A stretch of DNA of 64,000 nucleotides from Bdellovibrionota bacterium (GTDB lineage Bacteria > Bdellovibrionota > UBA1018 > CAIPTA01 > JAALKR01). Of this stretch, positions 58,867 to 64,000 are shown in pieces (position 1 is the stretch's first letter; each line of letters begins with the position of its first letter). A model generated the notes under the pieces. That model was not told the origin of the DNA, did not search any database, and worked only from the letters and a program-made list of their open reading frames with translations. The stretch covers positions 192,001 to 256,000 of the forward strand of contig CBDBMJ010000003.1 of NCBI GenBank assembly GCA_965207455.1, written 5' to 3'. Both the position numbers and the translations under genes were made by a program.

Positions 58867-60132
58867 ATGAATAAAAAAATATTATTTTTATGTTCTTGGA
58901 TGTGGATGCTAGCAACCCCTTCACAAACATGGGCCGATACAAGGACTCCATTCCAAAGTCATAAAATCTTAAAGGACTCTTTCCAGTACGGCTCCATAAA
59001 AACAGAGAAAGCCCTGCACTCTAGAGTAAGATTCTGGATAAACATATTCACCCAACTCCATAACTGGGAAATCCTACTCCACGATTCCCTCTTCCCCAAC
59101 ATCATATATGAATCGATTAATGTTAAGGATATTGAAGAAAATAAAAAAATCAGCAATAGAACAAAAAGAAGACAAATCGCAAAAAAAATTAAAGATAGAA
59201 GGAAGTATTATTCTAAGCTTTTAACGGATTTATATTTCAAGCACTCCTCGGGCAATCCAGAAAAAGCAACCATGACGGAAGATGAGCTTCGCGTCTACGA
59301 ACAGTATACAAAAAGAAAACTCCACCATAGAGAAATCCTTGCTGCCTCTGAAAAAAAACGTTTTCGTACTCAGAGAGGACTAAAGGAAAATTTCATCCAA
59401 GGGATCTACGAGTCGGGCAGATATATGCCGAAAATCCAAAGAATTATGAGTCGCCATAATCTTCCTCCAGAAATCTCCTACCTACCCTTTTTAGAGTCAA
59501 GCTTTAATAATAACGCTCTATCAAGAGTAGGCGCCTCTGGAATCTGGCAATTCATGCCCAGTACTGGAAAATTATTTCTCCGCGTGGACAAGATAGTAGA
59601 TGAAAGAAACGACCCCCTAAAAGCAGCAGAAGCTGCTGCACTCCTTATCGCCTCCAATTATAAGGCACTCCAAGCCTGGCCTCTTGCCATCACAGCCTAT
59701 AATCACGGTAAATCTGGAATGTTAAGCGCTGTTAGAGCTACTAAAACAAGATCCCTAGCCTCCATTATTGAAAAATATAACGGTAAGCGCTTTCAATTTG
59801 CCTCTAAAAATTTCTTTAGTGCTTTTGTGGCTAGCCTCCATACCGCAAAAAATAGTACTTTTTATTTTGGAAAAATTGGTAGTGCAGAGGTAATAAACTT
59901 TGAAGAATTTATTATGCAAGATTATATGAGCCTCAAGACACTGGCTCATTTCACAGGCATTGAACCAGATGAACTCAAAAAATATAACCCTGCTCTTACG
60001 AAACCTGTTCAAAACTATAAAAAATATATACCCGTGGGCTATACTCTTCGAGTGCCTTTAGCTAATAAAAATGATTTTTTAGCACGCTATAAGGCAATTC
60101 CTCCTCAATATAAATTTTCTCGACAAAAATAA
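58867..60132 (+). CDS. MltD-like lytic transglycosylase
   Basis: LPFLESSF, GASGIWQFMPSTG, DERNDP, WPLAITAYNHG, C-terminal LysM-like LKKYNP. Confidence 0.88.
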   Translation: MNKKILFLCSWMWMLATPSQTWADTRTPFQSHKILKDSFQYGSIKTEKALHSRVRFWINIFTQLHNWEILLHDSLFPNIIYESINVKDIEENKKISNRTKRRQIAKKIKDRRKYYSKLLTDLYFKHSSGNPEKATMTEDELRVYEQYTKRKLHHREILAASEKKRFRTQRGLKENFIQGIYESGRYMPKIQRIMSRHNLPPEISYLPFLESSFNNNALSRVGASGIWQFMPSTGKLFLRVDKIVDERNDPLKAAEAAALLIASNYKALQAWPLAITAYNHGKSGMLSAVRATKTRSLASIIEKYNGKRFQFASKNFFSAFVASLHTAKNSTFYFGKIGSAEVINFEEFIMQDYMSLKTLAHFTGIEPDELKKYNPALTKPVQNYKKYIPVGYTLRVPLANKNDFLARYKAIPPQYKFSRQK

Positions 60133-60141
60133 GAATGTAAA

Positions 60142-60615
60142 TTAACGAAGGCCGCAAGAACTAAGATAGGCTTTCGTACTTTCATACCAAGGCAGAACCG
60201 GCGTATCGTTTTCCGTAGGATAACTATCCCTAACCATAGAAAAAACTTTAGACTCTTTACTCCCAATCATCGCTGTAGGGAAACGCTCCCTTTCCTGGAG
60301 CTCCTTATTCAATTTCACTATGGGACCCACCACATGCTGAACACCAGCAGCGTCCCAAAGGGAAAGATTAAGAACATTGATTGCCACCATCTCAAACGTG
60401 GCAAAAAAAACAATTTCCTGCATCTTAGTTTTCAACATTTCTAAATTCTTTTCTAGAACTGCACGAGTAAGTTCTCCCGTGAGTATAAACTCTTGCCCCA
60501 CCTCTAGACCCTGGTGATTTCTTATATCTTTTTGAGATATATCAATATCCTTATTTCCGTTCGTTTTCATAACTTTCATCTCATACTCCAGTCCACTGCC
60601 ACTATACTCTCCCAT
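60142..60615 (-). CDS. Hypothetical protein
   Basis: 157-aa ORF filling the gap; no family recognised. Confidence 0.6.
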   Translation of the reverse strand: MGEYSGSGLEYEMKVMKTNGNKDIDISQKDIRNHQGLEVGQEFILTGELTRAVLEKNLEMLKTKMQEIVFFATFEMVAINVLNLSLWDAAGVQHVVGPIVKLNKELQERERFPTAMIGSKESKVFSMVRDSYPTENDTPVLPWYESTKAYLSSCGLR

Positions 60616-60884
60616 GCAGTGCTCTCAAAATAAATAATATTTACCCAACTGTCAATGCCGCAATGCAAATAAAACAATAAATATTGGGTCTGCTAGGGAA
60701 AAGCATTCACCAACCCCCTGCAAACCCCTTCTCGCCTCTATGTGCTCCCAAAGCACTACCTAGCCGCATAATAACCCTTCCAGCCTCCAAAACTATGCTT
60801 ACGGGGCTCTCAAAAATAGAGAAAATCAATTAAATTCAGTAAAAACATATATTTACAAAAAAATCTCTTCAGCTAAAACAATGT

Positions 60885-60913
60885 TTGACTATTCTTGCTA
60901 TTGATAGTACAAT
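60885..60913 (+). promoter_or_regulatory. sigma70-type promoter of the Sel1 array
   Basis: TTGACT-N17-TACAAT. Confidence 0.6.
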
Positions 60914-60958
60914 GCGTTATTACTGAGAAATAAAAACTATATATAAGGAGAAAAGAAA

Positions 60959-62443
60959 ATGAAGAAACAAAAAAATGGAATGAAGTTTTACTGGTTTGCG
61001 TTTCTTATTTTTATTGCTGTACCCAACATAAGTCACAGTCAGGATGCTGACTACCAACAAACCTTAGAAAAAGCGCGTTTAGGCGATGCGAGAGCTCAAT
61101 TTAATTTAGGTCTTGCGTATGACCGAGGAGAAGGCGTTGCCGAAAATGCTGAGAAAGCAGTTTATTGGTATAGACGAGCAGCAGAGCAAGGATATGCGAA
61201 TGCCCAATCTAATTTAGGTGTATATGTAAATGCTGGAAAAGGCGTTACTCAAGATTATAAGGAAGCAGTTCGTTGGTTTAGAAAAGCAGCAGAGCAAGAA
61301 AATGCACATGCTCAATTTGCTTTAGGTGCTCTGTATTATGCCGAGGAGCGGGCGTTACTCAAAATGATGAGAAAGCAGTTTATTGGTCCAGAAAAGCAGC
61401 AGACCAAGGGTATGCGGATGCTCAATATAATTTAGGTATGTTGTATAGAAATGCTGGAAAAGGTGTTGCTCAAGATTATAAGGAAGCAATTTATTGGTGG
61501 AGAAAAGCAGCAAATCAAGGAGATGCACATGCTCAATTTGCTTTAGGTGCTCTGTATTACCGAGGAGAAGGTGTTTCTAAGGATATTAAGACGGCATTGC
61601 ATTGGCTTGAAAAAGCAGCAAAGCAAGGAAATACAAATGCCCAATCTAATTTAGGTTATAAGTATTATGTAAATGGAAAAGGAGTTACTCAAGATGTTGA
61701 TCAATGCAATTTATTGGTACAGAAAGCAGCAGATCAAGGAGATGCAGATGCTCAAATTTAGTTTAGGTATTATCTTATACTGAAATGGAAACAGGCAGAT
61801 TATTGCCAAAAATGCTGAGAAAGCAAGTTTATTGGTATAGACGAGCAGCAGAGCAAGGATATGCGAATGCCCAATCTAATTTAGGTTATATGTATGATGC
61901 TGGAAAAGGCGTTACTCAAGATTATAAGGAAGCAGTTCGTTGGTTTAGAAAAGCAGTAGAGCAAGGATATGCGAATGCCCAATCTAATTTAGGTTATATG
62001 TATTATGCTGGAAAAGGCGATTTACTCAAGATTATGAGGATGCGGTTTATTGGTATAGAAAAGCAGCAGAGCAAGGATATGCGAATGCCCAATCTAATTT
62101 AGGTTATATGTATGATGCTGGAAAAGGCGTTACTCAAGATTATAAGGAAGCAGTTCGTTGGTTTAGAAAAGCAGTAGATCAAGGATATGCAGATGCTCAA
62201 AATAATTTAGGTCATATGTATTATGAAGGGAAAGGTGTTGCCCAAGATTATAAGAAAGCAGTTCGTTGGTTTAAAGAAGCAGCAAATCAAGGATATGCAC
62301 ATGCTCAATCTCATTTAGGTGCTATGTATTACCGAGGAGAAGGTGTTTCTAAGGATATTAAGACGGCATTGCATTGGCTTGAAAAAGCAGCAAAGCAAGG
62401 AAATACAAATGCCCAAGATCTTTTACAAGAAATCAAAGAATGA
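60959..62443 (+). pseudogene. Secreted Sel1-like-repeat protein (about 12 repeats) broken by several frameshifts, real or assembly artefact
   Basis: Signal peptide, then ~108-nt units A..W..KAA.QG.A.AQ..LG..Y..G.GV..D spread over ORF fragments 60959-61435, 61438-61761, 61785-62102 and 62108-62443. Confidence 0.8.
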
Positions 62444-62515
62444 AGATTCCACTGAGTCTGCAAGTTGAGTGTGTGAGGGTTGAACAATAAAGACTATATA
62501 TAAGGAGAAAAGAAA

Positions 62516-63142
62516 ATGAAGAAACAAAAAAATGGAATGAAGTTTTACTGGTTTGCGTTTCTTATTTTTATTGCTGTACCCAACATAAGTCACAGTCAGG
62601 ATGCTGACTATCATAAACAAGTAGTAAAAGGAGCATATGAAGTAAGCGCGAACGCGCAATCTAATTTGGCTGGTATGTACTCTTTTGGAGAAGTTGTTGT
62701 TAAAGATTTTGAACAAGCCAATACAAGTTGCGGTGCTGACTACCAACAGACCTTAGAAAAAGCGTATTTAAGCAATGGGAGAGCTCAAAATATAGGTCTT
62801 ACGCACGATAAAGAAAAATGCATTAGTCAAGATGCTAGCTACCGACTTACCTTAAAAAAAGCGCCTTCAGGCGATGCGATGGCTCAATTTAATTTAGCTC
62901 GAATGTATGATAAGGGAGAAATCGTAACTCAAGATTATGAGGATGCGGTTTATTGGTACAGAAAAGCAGCAGATCAAGGACATGCAAAAGCTCAAACTAA
63001 TTTAGGATCTATGTATGCTACTGGCACAGGTGTTTTTGAAGATAATCTACAGGCAACTTATTGGTACAGAAGAGCAGCAGCCCAAGGAAATTTATATGCT
63101 AAATTTAATTTAGGCCTTTATGACCCCGAGTATCGAAGATAG
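62516..63142 (+). CDS. Secreted Sel1-repeat protein
   Basis: First 32 aa identical to the 60959 gene; AQFNLARMYDKG, WYRKAADQGHAKAQTNLG. Confidence 0.85.
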   Translation: MKKQKNGMKFYWFAFLIFIAVPNISHSQDADYHKQVVKGAYEVSANAQSNLAGMYSFGEVVVKDFEQANTSCGADYQQTLEKAYLSNGRAQNIGLTHDKEKCISQDASYRLTLKKAPSGDAMAQFNLARMYDKGEIVTQDYEDAVYWYRKAADQGHAKAQTNLGSMYATGTGVFEDNLQATYWYRRAAAQGNLYAKFNLGLYDPEYRR

Positions 63143-63265
63143 GAAAGTTTCATTAAACTCAATAAAACCAGACATTTACAAAAGCACGCATCCAATCAAT
63201 ACTGCTTGAATCCCCTCTGTCTTTGTGATACGATGCGCTGATATCGTATGGCTTGAGAAAAGAAA

Positions 63266-63562
63266 ATGAAGAAACAAAAAAATGGAATTAAGTTTCACTG
63301 GCTAGCATTGTTTATGCTTATTTTGAGTTCTGGTCCCAACACTAGCTTTGGGGGCAGTGAATATCGCAGTACTGAATTCATCAAAAAAGTCATGGGCATG
63401 GGATATCTAAGATCGGCGCATGTTCAGCATCATTTAGGTCGAATATATAAGAAGGATAGAGAAGGCATTCAAAATGATAAGAGTACAGTTCATTGGTTTA
63501 GGAGGGCAGCAAGGCAAGGAGATACGAATGCCCAATATCTTTTAAAAGAAATCAAAGAATGA
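63266..63562 (+). CDS. Short secreted protein with one degenerate Sel1 repeat
   Basis: MKKQKNGIKFHW start shared with the array; WFRRAARQGDTNAQYLLKEIKE end matches the 62443 end. Confidence 0.7.
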   Translation: MKKQKNGIKFHWLALFMLILSSGPNTSFGGSEYRSTEFIKKVMGMGYLRSAHVQHHLGRIYKKDREGIQNDKSTVHWFRRAARQGDTNAQYLLKEIKE

Positions 63563-63720
63563 AGATTCCACAGAGTCTGCAAATTTAAAAGTTAAGTGGG
63601 GTTGTCGCTAAATATCCTATACCATTCATACTTTTGAGTTGAGGGATTTTTGGCTTCTTCCAAGCCAATATAATGTGGTTTCAACCCTGCAAAAAAAATA
63701 CAAGTGACTGTTATTATTGT

Positions 63721-63790
63721 CCTTTTTTTATTGTCTAGGCAATGCGATTGCCACTCCTTTTTTTATTGTCTAGGCAATGCGATTCCCACT
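63721..63790. repeat. 35-bp tandem duplication
   Basis: CCTTTTTTTATTGTCTAGGCAATGCGATTSCCACT x2 with one mismatch. Confidence 0.85.
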
Positions 63791-63841
63791 CCCTAGGCTG
63801 TCCTTATATACCATACGCACCATATTTGCTCTGCGTCAAGG

Positions 63842-63869
63842 CTTGACAAGTCCTTAAGTGCCCCCATCT
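63842..63869 (+). promoter_or_regulatory. sigma32 (RpoH)-type heat-shock promoter
   Basis: CTTGAC-N14-CCCCATCT, close to consensus CTTGAA-N13-17-CCCCATnT. Confidence 0.65.
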
Positions 63870-63894
63870 TTAGTGTAGAGGAAGAGTGATTGCT

Positions 63895-64000
63895 ATGGAA
63901 AAAACTACGGACAACCAGACCCCGCCAAAAAAGGGGAACAAGAAAAAGAAGCCCAATGCTCTTGAGGAAGTCAAGACACAGGCAAAGGAATGGGAGAATA
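63895..64000 (+). CDS. Partial CDS, possibly nucleotide exchange factor GrpE
   Basis: MEKTTDNQTPPKKGNKKKKPNALEEVKTQAKEWEN...: disordered N-terminus entering a helix, behind a heat-shock promoter; diagnostic motifs lie outside the window. Confidence 0.45.
   Translation, partial: MEKTTDNQTPPKKGNKKKKPNALEEVKTQAKEWEN

Noticed and set aside
61100..62400. CRISPR array or diversity-generating retroelement
   Set aside because: The repeats are ~108-nt coding Sel1 units without unique spacers; no cas or reverse transcriptase gene and no adenine-specific TR/VR pattern.
63721..63790. Mini CRISPR
   Set aside because: Two abutting copies with no spacer.

Overview
A 64-kb bacterial chromosomal window, probably from a Bdellovibrionota/delta-proteobacterial lineage. 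That assignment is inferred from ffs-dnaX-ybaB-recR-mglA without mglB, a Gld-type ABC cluster, and many secreted hydrolases. Most of the window is housekeeping: rlmD, rel/spoT-gmk-yicC-accA, tldD/E, rdgB, deoC-ALDH-ALDH-pfkB, tatC, rlmE, mutS2/rqcH, meaB, rfaE2, dacB and an MltD-like gene. It ends in a partial grpE-like gene behind a sigma32-type promoter. Accessory regions are a tandem duplication of subtilisin genes, a truncated DUF285 gene, a Sel1-repeat gene array, and an operon-like minus-strand cluster at 35.7-45.2 kb. This cluster is the most interesting part. It encodes two divergent SLT-like transglycosylases and two paralogues that share an unknown Cys-rich N-terminal scaffold but carry different C-terminal peptidoglycan-active domains (SleB-like versus Tlde1/L,D-transpeptidase-like). 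The second paralogue is split by an IS630-type element with an unusual 8-bp target duplication. All calls come from reading motifs by eye; no database searches were run.
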